Shown one piece after another: positions 9,497 through 19,868 of a DNA stretch of 64,000 nt. The stretch is from a virus. Its lineage: Duplodnaviria; Caudoviricetes. How positions within the stretch are numbered: the stretch's first letter is position 1; each line of letters starts with the position of its first letter. The stretch spans positions 30,641-94,640 of IMG/VR virus record IMGVR_UViG_3300020460_001010; one strand, 5' to 3'. The translations under genes and the position numbers were made by a program. The notes below the pieces were generated by a model. It ran no database searches, was not told the DNA's origin, and worked only from the letters and a program-made list of their open reading frames with translations.

Positions 9497-11371
9497 ATGG
9501 CAGAAAAATCACGATCAGGAAAAATATTCGGAGGACTTAAAAAATTATTTTCTTCAGATGTAATTGTTAGGAATGTAGGAGGTAAAAAACTTAAAGTGGT
9601 GGATACGGATGATATCCAATATACAAGTAAGTTGCGAGATAAGTATAATCGTCTACACACATTATACAGTGATTATACAAGTAGATACAATAGCATTGGA
9701 TTTCAAACCGCACGACTAGAATTATTTAGTGATTACGATATGATGGAAAATGACCCAATCATATCAAGTGCACTTGACATATATGCAGATGAATCCACAA
9801 CTAAAAGTGAATTTGGTGATATTTTAAAAATCTCAAGCAATGATTCAAATGTTAAGGGTATCCTTGAAAATTTATTTTATGATATATTGAATATTGAGTT
9901 TACGTTGTGGGGGTGGACTCGTAATATGTGTAAGTATGGAGATTTTTATTTGCATCTAGAAATTGAACCAGACTATGGTGTACTTAATGTAAAACCCATA
10001 TCGACATACGAAATGACTCGTATTGAGGATACTGATCCGGAAAATCCTTCATATGTTGTTTTTAAACAAGAGGGTGCATATAAGGCAGATTATGAAAACT
10101 ATGAAATAGCACATTTTAGAATGTTGGGTGATAGTAACTTTCTTCCGTATGGAAAAAGTGTTATTGAATCGGGTAGACGGGTATGGAAGCAATTGCAGTT
10201 GATGGAAGATGCTATGCTTGTTCACCGAATAATGAGAGCTCCTGAAAAACGAATGTTTTATATTGATATTGGTAACATTCCACCAAATGAGGTTGATGGA
10301 TTTATGCAAAAGGTCATTGCCAAAATGAAGAAAGTTCCGTATGTAGATGAAAGAACTGGAGACTATAATTTAAAATTTAATATGCAAAATATGACCGAAG
10401 ATTTCTTCATGCCGGTGCGTGGTGGTGATAGTGGTACTCGCATTGAGAACATGGGTGGAATGACATATGACGGTACGGAGGATATTGAGTATGTTAAGAA
10501 TAAAATGATGGCCGCACTCAAAGTTCCCAAGGCCTTTCTTGGATATGAAGAGGGAATTACTGGTAAGGCAACTCTTGCGGCCGAGGACATTCGGTTTGCA
10601 AGAACAATAGAACGAGTTCAGAGAATTATGCTGAGTGAGTTAACTAAAATTGCGGTAGTACACTTATATAGTCAGGGATATACGGACTCCAAGTTGGTGG
10701 ATTTTGATTTACAACTTACAAATCCGTCTACTATATTTGAAGAAGAACGGGTCAGGATTTTAAGTGAAAAGTTGAACACTTCCAGAGATATGCTGGATGC
10801 CAAGATGTTCTCCAAGAAGTGGGTGTATGATTCAATTTTTGGACTATCCGAAGAAGAGGTGGAGGAAATACGTCAAGATTTTGTACAAGATGCCAAAGAA
10901 TACTATAGACTTGAGAGCATACAGAATGAGGGAACTGACCCTGCCGATCCGTCATCACCACCACCCGCAGGAGACAACGAAACTGAATGGGGATTTGGTG
11001 AGTTTGAGGATACCGACAAAGATGCGGAACCGGAAGACCGAGTACATCAGAAACACAAAGAAGAAAATAAACGAAAAAATGCTAATAAAAAATACGACCA
11101 CCCTGATAACAAACCAATGGGACGTGACCCACTTGGAGCAACTGAACGCAAGGTTTCTGGTAGAAATTGGAGTGACAGTCCACTGAAACTTGAGGCAGAT
11201 TTGGAACAACTTGATGTATATCTTAATAAAAAGAAAGAGACGTCGGTGTCAAAAAAAGAAATACTTGTAGAGGATATGGAGGAAAAAATAACTAAAAAAA
11301 ATTCTTCCGATGAAACCCCTAAACTGAACACTGGGAGCATATTGGACGAAGATAATTTAATCAATAAGTAA
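9497..11371 (+). CDS. gp20: portal protein (T4 gp20-like)
   Basis: QLQLMEDAMLVHRIMRAPEKRMFYIDIGN, EDFFMPVRG and ALKVPKAFL are gp20 signatures; acidic C-terminal tail. Confidence 0.95.
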   Translation: MAEKSRSGKIFGGLKKLFSSDVIVRNVGGKKLKVVDTDDIQYTSKLRDKYNRLHTLYSDYTSRYNSIGFQTARLELFSDYDMMENDPIISSALDIYADESTTKSEFGDILKISSNDSNVKGILENLFYDILNIEFTLWGWTRNMCKYGDFYLHLEIEPDYGVLNVKPISTYEMTRIEDTDPENPSYVVFKQEGAYKADYENYEIAHFRMLGDSNFLPYGKSVIESGRRVWKQLQLMEDAMLVHRIMRAPEKRMFYIDIGNIPPNEVDGFMQKVIAKMKKVPYVDERTGDYNLKFNMQNMTEDFFMPVRGGDSGTRIENMGGMTYDGTEDIEYVKNKMMAALKVPKAFLGYEEGITGKATLAAEDIRFARTIERVQRIMLSELTKIAVVHLYSQGYTDSKLVDFDLQLTNPSTIFEEERVRILSEKLNTSRDMLDAKMFSKKWVYDSIFGLSEEEVEEIRQDFVQDAKEYYRLESIQNEGTDPADPSSPPPAGDNETEWGFGEFEDTDKDAEPEDRVHQKHKEENKRKNANKKYDHPDNKPMGRDPLGATERKVSGRNWSDSPLKLEADLEQLDVYLNKKKETSVSKKEILVEDMEEKITKKNSSDETPKLNTGSILDEDNLINK

Positions 11372-11445
11372 TTTTTTAAAAAATATTAAGTGATAATTAT
11401 AGTTATATCTATATTTATGTTCATATATATTAGTTTGATTTTCAC

Positions 11446-12318
11446 GTGAAAAAATTAAAACACAGTAAATTTAAGAATACCGGCATTCTATTTGAACTCC
11501 TAGTTCGGCAGATAACTGCGGACATATTGGATGATACGAAGGAATCTCATGCCAACCGGTTGATGCGTAAGTATTTTGCTGAGAACACTGCACTTGGAAA
11601 GGAGCAACGATTGTATCAATTATTACTTGAAGAGTCTGCATCCGATGCAGTTCATGCGGAGAGATTGGTGGATGCAGTTTCTGAGTCTCATAAAAAATTG
11701 GATTCAAAAACATTGGCAAAACTTAGATATGAGTTGGTGCGTGAAATGCGTGACGCATATCCAATCGATGATTTCTTGCGGTCAAAAATTTCCAACTATA
11801 AGACATATGCAAGCATTTACAAACTATTTGAAAGTAAGTCACCCAATGTGTATTGTGATGCCAAAGAATTATACGAATCCAAGAATACGGTAATTTCAGA
11901 ATTGTGTAATAAACGTAGGCAAAAAACCACACAAGAGTCCAGTATTGAGGAAGAGTATGAGAAGCACAATGAAGACCTGCGTTTAATAAGTTATAAATTA
12001 TTGGTCGATAGGTTTAATGAAAAATATAGTGCGTTGAACGAGGATCAGCAATTGTTGCTTAAGAATTATATAAATAATATTTCAAATACCAATAGTCTGC
12101 GTGAGTATGTAAATATGCAGATACCGAAGGTGAAATCACGACTCGAAGAATTAACAAATACCTGTGTAGACGATGAAGTGGTTAAAATTAAGTTGGGAGA
12201 AGTAGTTTCTCAACTAAACAAGATTTCGGACGGCCGTCTTGTTAAGGATTCACAAGTTTCTACATTGCTTATGTCATATGAATTGATTAAGGAACTTGAG
12301 AAGCATGGCAACGACTGA
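11446..12318 (+). CDS. hypothetical head-module protein
   Basis: GTG start, 290 aa, helical; directly after the portal gene. Confidence 0.75.
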   Translation: MKKLKHSKFKNTGILFELLVRQITADILDDTKESHANRLMRKYFAENTALGKEQRLYQLLLEESASDAVHAERLVDAVSESHKKLDSKTLAKLRYELVREMRDAYPIDDFLRSKISNYKTYASIYKLFESKSPNVYCDAKELYESKNTVISELCNKRRQKTTQESSIEEEYEKHNEDLRLISYKLLVDRFNEKYSALNEDQQLLLKNYINNISNTNSLREYVNMQIPKVKSRLEELTNTCVDDEVVKIKLGEVVSQLNKISDGRLVKDSQVSTLLMSYELIKELEKHGND

Positions 12319-12865
12319 AACTCAAATTCGTAGAATTATTCGTAAAATAGTGCGAGAGGTTATGTCCGAGTCACATGATTGTAATTCCGTACACCCCGAA
12401 ATTTCGCATGAAGACTGGGAACATGAACAAGATTCCATTGAGGAATTGAATGCGACATCAAATGTCGATGGATATCAGACACCATTTGCATTTTCGGATA
12501 AATCTGAAGACGATCATGAGGAAGATATAAAAGATACTGCGGAAGTATTTGATTTCAAGAAAACCGAGAACCAAGCACTGAATACTGTTAAACTTGAGGA
12601 AGGGAAAAGTCTATATCATCTATACAGAGACCATGCAGATTACAGTCCTGCACAGAAGATAGGAGTTACTGTTAGGGAAGTCAATCGTTTGTTGACTGAA
12701 ATTGAAAAGTTGTTGCGGGTCAGTTCACGATTCAAGACAGAAACCAATCTTGGTACTGGGGCATTTTGGAAAACAACCAATAGATACTTATCGAATATTG
12801 ATGAGAAAATATTTAGAATATTGAGTAAAGTTAAAGATATTAAGGAAAAAAGTTATGAAGAATAG
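12305..12865 (+). CDS. hypothetical protein (putative capsid-internal)
   Basis: ATG 12305; N-terminal helix ETQIRRIIRKIVREVMSE; CNSVHPEISHEDW and GYQTPFAF motifs. Confidence 0.7.
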   Translation: MATTETQIRRIIRKIVREVMSESHDCNSVHPEISHEDWEHEQDSIEELNATSNVDGYQTPFAFSDKSEDDHEEDIKDTAEVFDFKKTENQALNTVKLEEGKSLYHLYRDHADYSPAQKIGVTVREVNRLLTEIEKLLRVSSRFKTETNLGTGAFWKTTNRYLSNIDEKIFRILSKVKDIKEKSYEE

Positions 12866-13295
12866 TATTAGATTAGATGTGGTGTCGGCAAATGATATGT
12901 TGCTTGATAAGAAATCCAAACAAAATAAATCAACTGGACCTGTGCGAAAGTCTGCAAATCGGGGTGATGCTAAGAATATTGTAAATTCTCTTGGGTCACC
13001 TTGGAAGGAAAGCACATGGGGTGCAGAAATCAAAGCCAATACACAAGATGCATCTGCAAAAGCAAATATTTACAAAAAGAGTGATGACACATACAATGTG
13101 AGATTGTCCATAGATGTCACATCATTGAGTTCGTTACAAGAAAATTCACCTGAAGATTGTATAAAAAATCTGCTAACGGGTATAGAATCGGTTGCAGATG
13201 TATGCTCACAACTATCAAGAGACCTTGCCCAACAACAGACCGAGCAGACGACTTTCAATGAAGTGTCGGAGGTTGTTCAAACCGAGGATGCGTAA
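12855..13295 (+). CDS. hypothetical protein
   Basis: 146-aa ORF with AAGGA upstream; overlaps both neighbours. Confidence 0.65.
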   Translation: MKNSIRLDVVSANDMLLDKKSKQNKSTGPVRKSANRGDAKNIVNSLGSPWKESTWGAEIKANTQDASAKANIYKKSDDTYNVRLSIDVTSLSSLQENSPEDCIKNLLTGIESVADVCSQLSRDLAQQQTEQTTFNEVSEVVQTEDA

Positions 13296-14179
13296 TGTCC
13301 GAATGTTCGTGTAAGATACGTGAGGTTGATATAGATGCAGTAAATCGTGCATCTTCCACGGACACTTCAATTTCAGACTACGAGTCTGCGTTGGTGGACT
13401 TGGCCAAAAAAGCAAAAAAGGCATCGAAATCCAAGGAAGGTAGGAAACTTGAAGACGATTATTGGAAACCTGTGTTTTTGATGATAAAGAATGCTAAACT
13501 TGGAATATCAATGGCACAACTTGGGTTATCTCCTGAAGATACCGATGGACCTGGACCTACCACGTCTGATATGAAGATACAACCAATGGGGGATACTCGG
13601 GACGGAGATAAACAATTTGATGTTGCAAAGGATGAAGAAGAAAAATTAGAAGACGAGAAGGAGAAAGAGGAGGAGGAAAAGGAATCCTCAAAAACTCCCA
13701 ATAAGTCTGAAAAGAAAGATGAGGGTATCCAAGAACGAGCAGTATCATCTTCTCAGCAAAGATTATTTGGAATGGTTCATGCGTATCAAACGGGTAAGTT
13801 GGATAAGAACAGAATAAGCAAATCGTTGTTATCTAAAATTGAGAAAATATCTGCTGGTATATCTACCAAAGATTCCGAGAAAATTGCATCCACGAAGCAC
13901 GATGATTTACCTGAGAAGGTGACTGAGACTGTCAATTTATCGGATGAGGTGAGGCATCTTGGAATTATACTTGAATCGGATGGATATAAGATAGCATCTG
14001 CAACATATTATGGAGGTGGGTGTGTGTTGGAGGTAAAGTCTGATGATACCACACATGTACTTAGCATGGATTCGGATATATTTCTAGAAGACTCCGACGG
14101 TTCAACAAAACTTGGAAGCACCAATGACTTTGGACACGTTGTGTATAATTTTAAGAAGGCAACTAAAATTGCAATTTAG
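13295..14179 (+). CDS. modular hypothetical protein with a DUF3008-like module
   Basis: Contains AVSSSQQRLFGMVHAYQTG...ASTKHDDLPEKV; TAATG coupling to the upstream gene. Confidence 0.6.
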   Translation: MSECSCKIREVDIDAVNRASSTDTSISDYESALVDLAKKAKKASKSKEGRKLEDDYWKPVFLMIKNAKLGISMAQLGLSPEDTDGPGPTTSDMKIQPMGDTRDGDKQFDVAKDEEEKLEDEKEKEEEEKESSKTPNKSEKKDEGIQERAVSSSQQRLFGMVHAYQTGKLDKNRISKSLLSKIEKISAGISTKDSEKIASTKHDDLPEKVTETVNLSDEVRHLGIILESDGYKIASATYYGGGCVLEVKSDDTTHVLSMDSDIFLEDSDGSTKLGSTNDFGHVVYNFKKATKIAI

Positions 14180-14261
14180 TGTTGAGTATTTTGTTGTGTG
14201 ATATAAAAAATACTACTGATATGTAAAATAAACATCGATACATATATACTTATTAAATGAA

Positions 14262-14894
14262 ATGGCTAAACAAGTGATAGTATCTACACGTCCCTTTGAA
14301 TTTACTCGGGAGCAAATTTCGGAGAGCATTGCCGAGAATGATGGTCGGTTGATCGTCAGAGGAGTTTTGCAAAAAGCCCGTGAACAGAATCAAAATGGAA
14401 GGGTATATACCAGAGAGTTGTTGGAACGTGAATCTGGTAAATATCAAGAATTAATTGACGATAAACGAGCATTGGGTGAACTTGATCATCCAGATAGTGC
14501 AGTGGTGAATTTGCAGAATGTGAGTCACAATGTTAAGAAGATGTGGTGGGACGGTGATAGTTTGGTTGGAGACGTTGAAGTACTTGGCACTCCATCGGGT
14601 AATATATTGAAAGAATTATTTAAGTCAGGAATCACACTTGGAATTAGTTCACGTGGAATGGGAACTACCAGAGAATCCGAAGGTAAGACACTTGTAAACG
14701 ATGATTTTGAATTGGTCGCATTTGATTTTGTGAGCAATCCTTCTACAAGAGGTGCGTTTCTTGAACCAGTTAATTTGAATGAATCGGTTGACCCAAGTGG
14801 CACGAAGGTTGTAACTGAAGGTAGAGTATGCTCAAAGTATTGTAAGGTTGAGGGGATTATTCACGAAATCTTGGGTGGACTTGGAGAATCTTAA
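14262..14894 (+). CDS. gp21: prohead core protease (T4 gp21-like)
   Basis: NQNGRVY, ALGELDHP (catalytic His), GISSRGMG (catalytic Ser) and DFVSNPS. Confidence 0.93.
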   Translation: MAKQVIVSTRPFEFTREQISESIAENDGRLIVRGVLQKAREQNQNGRVYTRELLERESGKYQELIDDKRALGELDHPDSAVVNLQNVSHNVKKMWWDGDSLVGDVEVLGTPSGNILKELFKSGITLGISSRGMGTTRESEGKTLVNDDFELVAFDFVSNPSTRGAFLEPVNLNESVDPSGTKVVTEGRVCSKYCKVEGIIHEILGGLGES

Positions 14895-14895
14895 T

Positions 14896-15357
14896 ATGGA
14901 AAAGAATGAGGTTATACGACTGATTAAGGAAAGTATTTTGGAAGTTGCAAAGGAGCAACGAGACCAGATAAATGAGTTTAACCCAAAGACAGGTAGGTTT
15001 TCCGATGAAGGTCTATCTATGGATCAAAAGAAACTTGCATCCGAAAAGATTTCAAAGTTTGGTAAATATCAACGATACATCGCACTCGAAGCAAGAGACA
15101 TGGATGTTGCCGAAGATATATGCAATATCGTTGATAACGCATCAAAGTATATTCTCAACGAAACTGATGATTGGTTTGATGCAATGAGTGTAAAAAGAAA
15201 CTTAAAAGAAATTAAAACTCTTGCAAAGGAATTTTACAAGACGGCAAGTGAGCGTCAAGTTTACACACAACGTATGCAGAGTTTGTACGAAGATATGGGC
15301 AACATATTGAATCGTTATTTTGAAATACAAGAGGAAACTACCAATGAAGAGAAGTGA
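14896..15357 (+). CDS. hypothetical head-module protein
   Basis: GGAG upstream of ATG 14896; N-terminal helix KNEVIRLIKESILE. Confidence 0.75.
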   Translation: MEKNEVIRLIKESILEVAKEQRDQINEFNPKTGRFSDEGLSMDQKKLASEKISKFGKYQRYIALEARDMDVAEDICNIVDNASKYILNETDDWFDAMSVKRNLKEIKTLAKEFYKTASERQVYTQRMQSLYEDMGNILNRYFEIQEETTNEEK

Positions 15358-16072
15358 ATTGAAGGATTATATATTTCAAGTTTTACTTGAGGCAATGGAT
15401 TGCCCATATGAAGTGGAGGGATCTCTTGTACAGAAAACTATGGGATTTTCCGGATATGAAACCAGAGTTGTGTGTGAGGGTACGGTGGGTGATGCAAATG
15501 AGTTTGCCCGTGAACATAACTTTAGTTTTGTGAAGTCAGATGACTCGCACTTTGGTGGGTACTATGAGGCCGAGCATAATACAATATATGAATTTATACC
15601 ATCCGATGAGTATTATGGTGAATTGATGGAAGCCGAAATGTCTGCATCCGATGCCCTTGCGAGATTGAATGGTGACAATGATCAAATTTTACAAGAACTG
15701 GATAATACACAGATCACAAACTTCATTCGTTCATTGATGGATAATGCAGATTTTGTTGAAAGTCGTGTAGTTCCTGTGTTTACGAATGTAGCAACCCGTG
15801 TGATGGAGGGAATGTCTGATCCAAAGCAGGTTGATAGATTATTGGGTGTTATCATCACACAGGGTCTCAAGACAGAGTTTACCGAAAATGTGGAATTGTC
15901 AAACAATCAACATAGACTTGCATTGGAAAATCTTCGTACTGAATTGGATACGTATATTAAATCAATGACAGACGTCTGTGAGTCATGTGTAACTACCGAC
16001 TATAGAGGAATCTTACTTAAAAACTATGGAAGAGTTTTGGGTACTGTTAAAGACATTTTACCAACTACATAA
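15344..16072 (+). CDS. hypothetical protein
   Basis: GAGGA upstream of ATG 15344; begins MKRSELKDYIFQVLLE. Confidence 0.7.
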   Translation: MKRSELKDYIFQVLLEAMDCPYEVEGSLVQKTMGFSGYETRVVCEGTVGDANEFAREHNFSFVKSDDSHFGGYYEAEHNTIYEFIPSDEYYGELMEAEMSASDALARLNGDNDQILQELDNTQITNFIRSLMDNADFVESRVVPVFTNVATRVMEGMSDPKQVDRLLGVIITQGLKTEFTENVELSNNQHRLALENLRTELDTYIKSMTDVCESCVTTDYRGILLKNYGRVLGTVKDILPTT

Positions 16073-16086
16073 GAGAATTATTAACT

Positions 16087-16731
16087 ATGAAAATTACAAG
16101 AAAAGAACTTAAAGAAATTATTCACGAAGTTGCCGATGAATTGGGACTTTTTGAAGGACTTACGAAAGCACAGGAAAAACTTCCTGAACCACTTAAGGCT
16201 GCTATACTAAAAAAGCAAGAATCAGATGATGCTTCTGATACCGAAGAAGAAATCTCAGAGGGAAACGCATGGGGTTCTGCCGTTCGTAAGGCACGTGAGG
16301 AAAATTTAAAAGAATTTGAATTTAATGGAAAAGTTTACACATTAACCGAAGATTCCAACTTGGATGAATCCGAGGACACTGAAGAATTTACCGGAGAAGA
16401 TGACGAGGAAGTCGAAGAAGGCAATGCTTTTGGTGATGCGGTTCGTAAAGCAAAAGAGGCCGGTGAGGATGAGTTTGAAGTGGACGGTAAGACTTTTCAA
16501 GTTAAGGAAGAATCTGGATGCTATTCCGAAGAAGACGAAACCGAAGAGGAAGTCGAAGAAGGCAATGCTTTTGGTGATGCGGTTCGTAAAGCAAAAGAGG
16601 CCGGTGAGGATGAGTTTGAAGTGGACGGCAAGACCTTTCAAGTTAAGGAAGGTGTGGTTAAGAACTTCCAAGGATGTACACTATCCGAGACTTTGGCAAG
16701 AATTTCAGGAAATAAGAAAATTATTACTTGA
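16087..16731 (+). CDS. acidic repeat-containing hypothetical protein
   Basis: Begins MKITRKELKEIIHE; three EGNA(F/W)GxAVRKA...EFExxGK modules. Confidence 0.75.
   Translation: MKITRKELKEIIHEVADELGLFEGLTKAQEKLPEPLKAAILKKQESDDASDTEEEISEGNAWGSAVRKAREENLKEFEFNGKVYTLTEDSNLDESEDTEEFTGEDDEEVEEGNAFGDAVRKAKEAGEDEFEVDGKTFQVKEESGCYSEEDETEEEVEEGNAFGDAVRKAKEAGEDEFEVDGKTFQVKEGVVKNFQGCTLSETLARISGNKKIIT
16405..16651 (+). repeat. intragenic 106-bp direct repeat (16405-16510 and 16546-16651)
   Basis: The two copies differ at 2 synonymous positions; a degenerate third copy lies near 16258-16345. Confidence 0.9.
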
Positions 16732-16757
16732 TTTTACTTAAAAAATAATAAGTTTTT

Positions 16758-16789
16758 AAAAAAAAGAGTGGTTGCCACTCTTTTTTTTT
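16758..16789 (+). terminator. intrinsic terminator
   Basis: A-run, GAGTGG-ttg-CCACTC hairpin, then T9. Confidence 0.8.
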
Positions 16790-16818
16790 ATTTTTTTTAA
16801 TATTTTCATACGTAAGTA

Positions 16819-16827
16819 TATATTTAT
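16819..16827 (+). promoter_or_regulatory. TATATTTAT motif (putative phage late promoter) upstream of the scaffold-capsid operon
   Basis: Lies right after a terminator; the same motif recurs before many structural genes. Confidence 0.55.
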
Positions 16828-16929
16828 TATTTCAAAATGCTTCCACATGATTGGAAACAAGACCAAAGGTTTTAACCTGATTGAAGTCCTTAATGACTTT
16901 AGAAAATTAATCAAGGAAAATATTACACC

Positions 16930-18210
16930 ATGAGTAAATTATTGAAAGAGGCTATTGCTGATGCGAAGGCTGTTCGTGAGACTGCACTTGCTAATGCACG
17001 ACTTGCACTTGAGGAGGCATTTGCTCCAAAATTGCAAAGTATGCTTACAAAGAAACTAAGAGAAGACGAGTCACTTGAAGATGACGAAGTTGAGGTTGCC
17101 GAAGATGATCTTGAGGTTGCCGATGACGAAGTTGCCGTAGAGGATGACGAAGTTGACACTGCTGAAGAAGAAGCTGAAGAAGACGCTGCCGAAGAAGAAG
17201 CTGCTGAAGAAGAAGCTGCTGAAGAAGAAGCACCTGCTGAAGAAGAAGCACCTGCTGAAGAAGAAGCACCTGCTGAAGAAGAAGCTGAAGAAGAAGAGGC
17301 TGCTGAAGAAGAAGCATCTGATGAAGTTGAAGAAGACGATCTTTACGAAGATAGTCTTGATCTCGAAAGTATCATTAAAGAGTTAGAAGATGACTTGGCA
17401 ATTAATGATGAGGAAGAAGTTGAGGAAGAGGACGAAGATGCTGTTGAAGAGCAATCTGATTCTTCTGAAATTGGAAACGGAGACAACCAAGTAGACATCG
17501 CAGATAGTGATGACGAAGAACTCCCCGAAACAGACGCACAAGATGCGGAACTCGGTGAGGAAGACGAAAATACAGAAGTTGTTGACGATCTTGAAGAAGA
17601 AATTGACATCGAAATCGTAGACGAAGAAGATGAGGCCGTTACTGAGGAAGACGAAGTTGTGGCTGAAGAAGACGTCGTTGAAGAAGAAGATGAAGAAATC
17701 AATCTTGAAGAGATTCTTAAAGAATTGGAAGAAGAATCTGCCGATGTGGTGGACGAAGACTCCACGGAAGAACTTGAAGAACTCAAGACAGCCAATGAAA
17801 AACTTCAGAAAGAAAACGATGAATACCGCAAGGTTTATAAATATTTGCGTGGTAAGTTGAACGAAGTGAATTTGCTAAATGCAAAACTTCTTTATACAAA
17901 TAAGTTGTTTAAGGAATTTGCGTTGGTAGAGGATCAAAAATTGAAGGTCGTAGAAAGTTTTGACCTCACGAAGAACGTTCGTGAAGCAAAATTGGTCTAC
18001 GCAACTCTTGGAGAATCATTCAGAACAACAGTTGAATCAAAAGAACCAACCGCAGAGGTAGAAACTGCTCCTGCAAAGAAGTCAACGAAGACACTGTCTG
18101 AAGGATTTGCATCCAAGGCAATTAAATCAACAAAACCGTCCAAGCAAATCTTGTCGGAAGGTAATGACCTTGCCAACCGTTTCAAGAAACTTGCCGGAAT
18201 TGCTGAGTAA
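16930..18210 (+). CDS. prohead scaffold/core protein (gp22 analogue)
   Basis: Directly upstream of the capsid gene; extremely acidic middle region, C-terminal coiled coil, ends RFKKLAGI. Confidence 0.8.
   Translation: MSKLLKEAIADAKAVRETALANARLALEEAFAPKLQSMLTKKLREDESLEDDEVEVAEDDLEVADDEVAVEDDEVDTAEEEAEEDAAEEEAAEEEAAEEEAPAEEEAPAEEEAPAEEEAEEEEAAEEEASDEVEEDDLYEDSLDLESIIKELEDDLAINDEEEVEEEDEDAVEEQSDSSEIGNGDNQVDIADSDDEELPETDAQDAELGEEDENTEVVDDLEEEIDIEIVDEEDEAVTEEDEVVAEEDVVEEEDEEINLEEILKELEEESADVVDEDSTEELEELKTANEKLQKENDEYRKVYKYLRGKLNEVNLLNAKLLYTNKLFKEFALVEDQKLKVVESFDLTKNVREAKLVYATLGESFRTTVESKEPTAEVETAPAKKSTKTLSEGFASKAIKSTKPSKQILSEGNDLANRFKKLAGIAE
17191..17274 (+). repeat. tandem coding repeats: 15-bp x2 and 18-bp x3 (EEEAA, EEEAPA)
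   Basis: gaagaagaagctgct twice, then gaagaagaagcacctgct three times. Confidence 0.85.
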
Positions 18211-18245
18211 AATCAAAAAAATTAACAATCAAAGGAATTGATAAA

Positions 18246-19775
18246 ATGAGCGAAATTAGTAAATTACTAAAAGATAGTCAAAATCCACAAGCAAAACTCA
18301 TGGCAGAAACCCGTGGTCTTGTTTCCAAGTGGGAAAAGACTGGATTATTAGAAGGTATCGGAAACGATACAGAGAAGAGTGGCATGGCTATTCTTCTTGA
18401 AAACCAAGCAAAGCAGCTGATTGACGAGGCTGGCAGAAGTGGAACAGGTGGTTCCGGTTCTGAGGAATGGAGTGGAGTAGCACTTCCCCTCGTACGTCGT
18501 GTGTTTGCAGAAATCGCAGCGAAGGAATTCGTTTCGGTTCAACCAATGAATCTTCCATCTGGGTTGATTTTCTACTTGGACTTCAAGTACGGATCAGACC
18601 AATCCAGACAAGGTTCTACCGGAAACGCAAGTTTGTTCGGTGGATCAGCAAATGCAAAGCACGGTTCGACCGACAAGGCAGAAGGTGGTCTTTACGGCAC
18701 AGGTCGTCATGGTTATTCGTTGAATGATAAACAAACAGCCGCAAGTGTTGCAATTGTTGCAGTAACAGAAGGTGAAGGTGACGATGCAAAGGTGGTTCAA
18801 ACTTACATCGTTGCACCAGCAGACGCAGATGCCGATGGAGCACGTGCGTTCACCGTAGGTGACGATACATACCGAATCACAGGTGCGGAATTGCAAGCTG
18901 ACGGTGAAACCGTTCACTTGATCACGGACGCAGACGATGCAGTTGCAGACGCTGGTAAACTTACTTACCATGTTAAGACAACTGATAGCACACGTGGTGA
19001 CTTCGAAGTAAGTTCTGAACAAGACTTCCACAGTGATGCAAAGACTACCGGTGATGACGTCGGAATTCCCGAAGTTAACTTGGAACTCAAGAGTGAACCA
19101 ATCGTTGCAAAGACACGTAAGTTGAAGGCAGTTTGGACACCTGAGTTGGCACAAGACCTCAATGCTTACCATAGTGTTGACGCAGAAGCAGAACTTACGT
19201 CACTTCTTTCCGAATACGTTTCAATGGAAATTGATTTGGAAATTCTTGACATGCTTCTTACGAATGCACATACAGACGGCGGTGACTTTGACGCATCGGC
19301 TGCTCTTACAGGTGGTGAGACTCAAGGAACATTGTTCCAGAAGCTCGGCACAAAGATTCAAAAGGTGAGTAACACAATTCATCAATTGACTCTTCGTGGT
19401 GGTGCAAACTTCTTGGTTTGTTCTCCACAAGTGGCAACCGTTCTTGAAAGTATCCCAGGATACGCTGCTGACACTGATGGAAATCAGTCCCAGTTCGCAA
19501 TGGGTGTTACCAAGGTTGGTGCATTGAACAATCGTTTCCAAGTTTACAAGAACCCATACATGACAAGTGGTGAAGTTCTTGTTGGATTCCGTGGTTCTAA
19601 CTTCCTAGAAACAGGTGCAGTTTATGCTCCGTACATTCCGTTGATCCAAACTCCATTGGTATACGATCCGGTCAACTTTACTCCACGTCGTGGTGTAATG
19701 ACCCGTTATGCCAAGAAGATGGTTCGTCCAGAATTCTACGGAAAACTCTCCGTTTCAGGTACAGAGTCTCTGTAA
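18246..19775 (+). CDS. gp23: major capsid protein (T4 gp23-like)
   Basis: LLENQ, LPLVRR, VQPM, AKTRKLKAVWTPELAQDL, YAPYIPL and PRRGVMTRY. Confidence 0.96.
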   Translation: MSEISKLLKDSQNPQAKLMAETRGLVSKWEKTGLLEGIGNDTEKSGMAILLENQAKQLIDEAGRSGTGGSGSEEWSGVALPLVRRVFAEIAAKEFVSVQPMNLPSGLIFYLDFKYGSDQSRQGSTGNASLFGGSANAKHGSTDKAEGGLYGTGRHGYSLNDKQTAASVAIVAVTEGEGDDAKVVQTYIVAPADADADGARAFTVGDDTYRITGAELQADGETVHLITDADDAVADAGKLTYHVKTTDSTRGDFEVSSEQDFHSDAKTTGDDVGIPEVNLELKSEPIVAKTRKLKAVWTPELAQDLNAYHSVDAEAELTSLLSEYVSMEIDLEILDMLLTNAHTDGGDFDASAALTGGETQGTLFQKLGTKIQKVSNTIHQLTLRGGANFLVCSPQVATVLESIPGYAADTDGNQSQFAMGVTKVGALNNRFQVYKNPYMTSGEVLVGFRGSNFLETGAVYAPYIPLIQTPLVYDPVNFTPRRGVMTRYAKKMVRPEFYGKLSVSGTESL

Positions 19776-19800
19776 TTCTGTTTGGAATAACAAAAAATTT

Positions 19801-19833
19801 AAGAGGGGTTCGTTTGAACCCCTCTTTTATTTT
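19801..19833 (+). terminator. intrinsic terminator after the capsid gene
   Basis: AAGAGGGGTTC-gttt-GAACCCCTCTT followed by a T-rich tail. Confidence 0.88.
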
Positions 19834-19868
19834 ATAACGATTAGTGATACAACAATATATTTATAGAC

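Noticed and set aside
17045-17860. Poly-Q/L, poly-K/L and poly-S ORFs in alternative frames of the scaffold gene
   Set aside because: They are by-products of GAA/GAC-rich acidic repeats.
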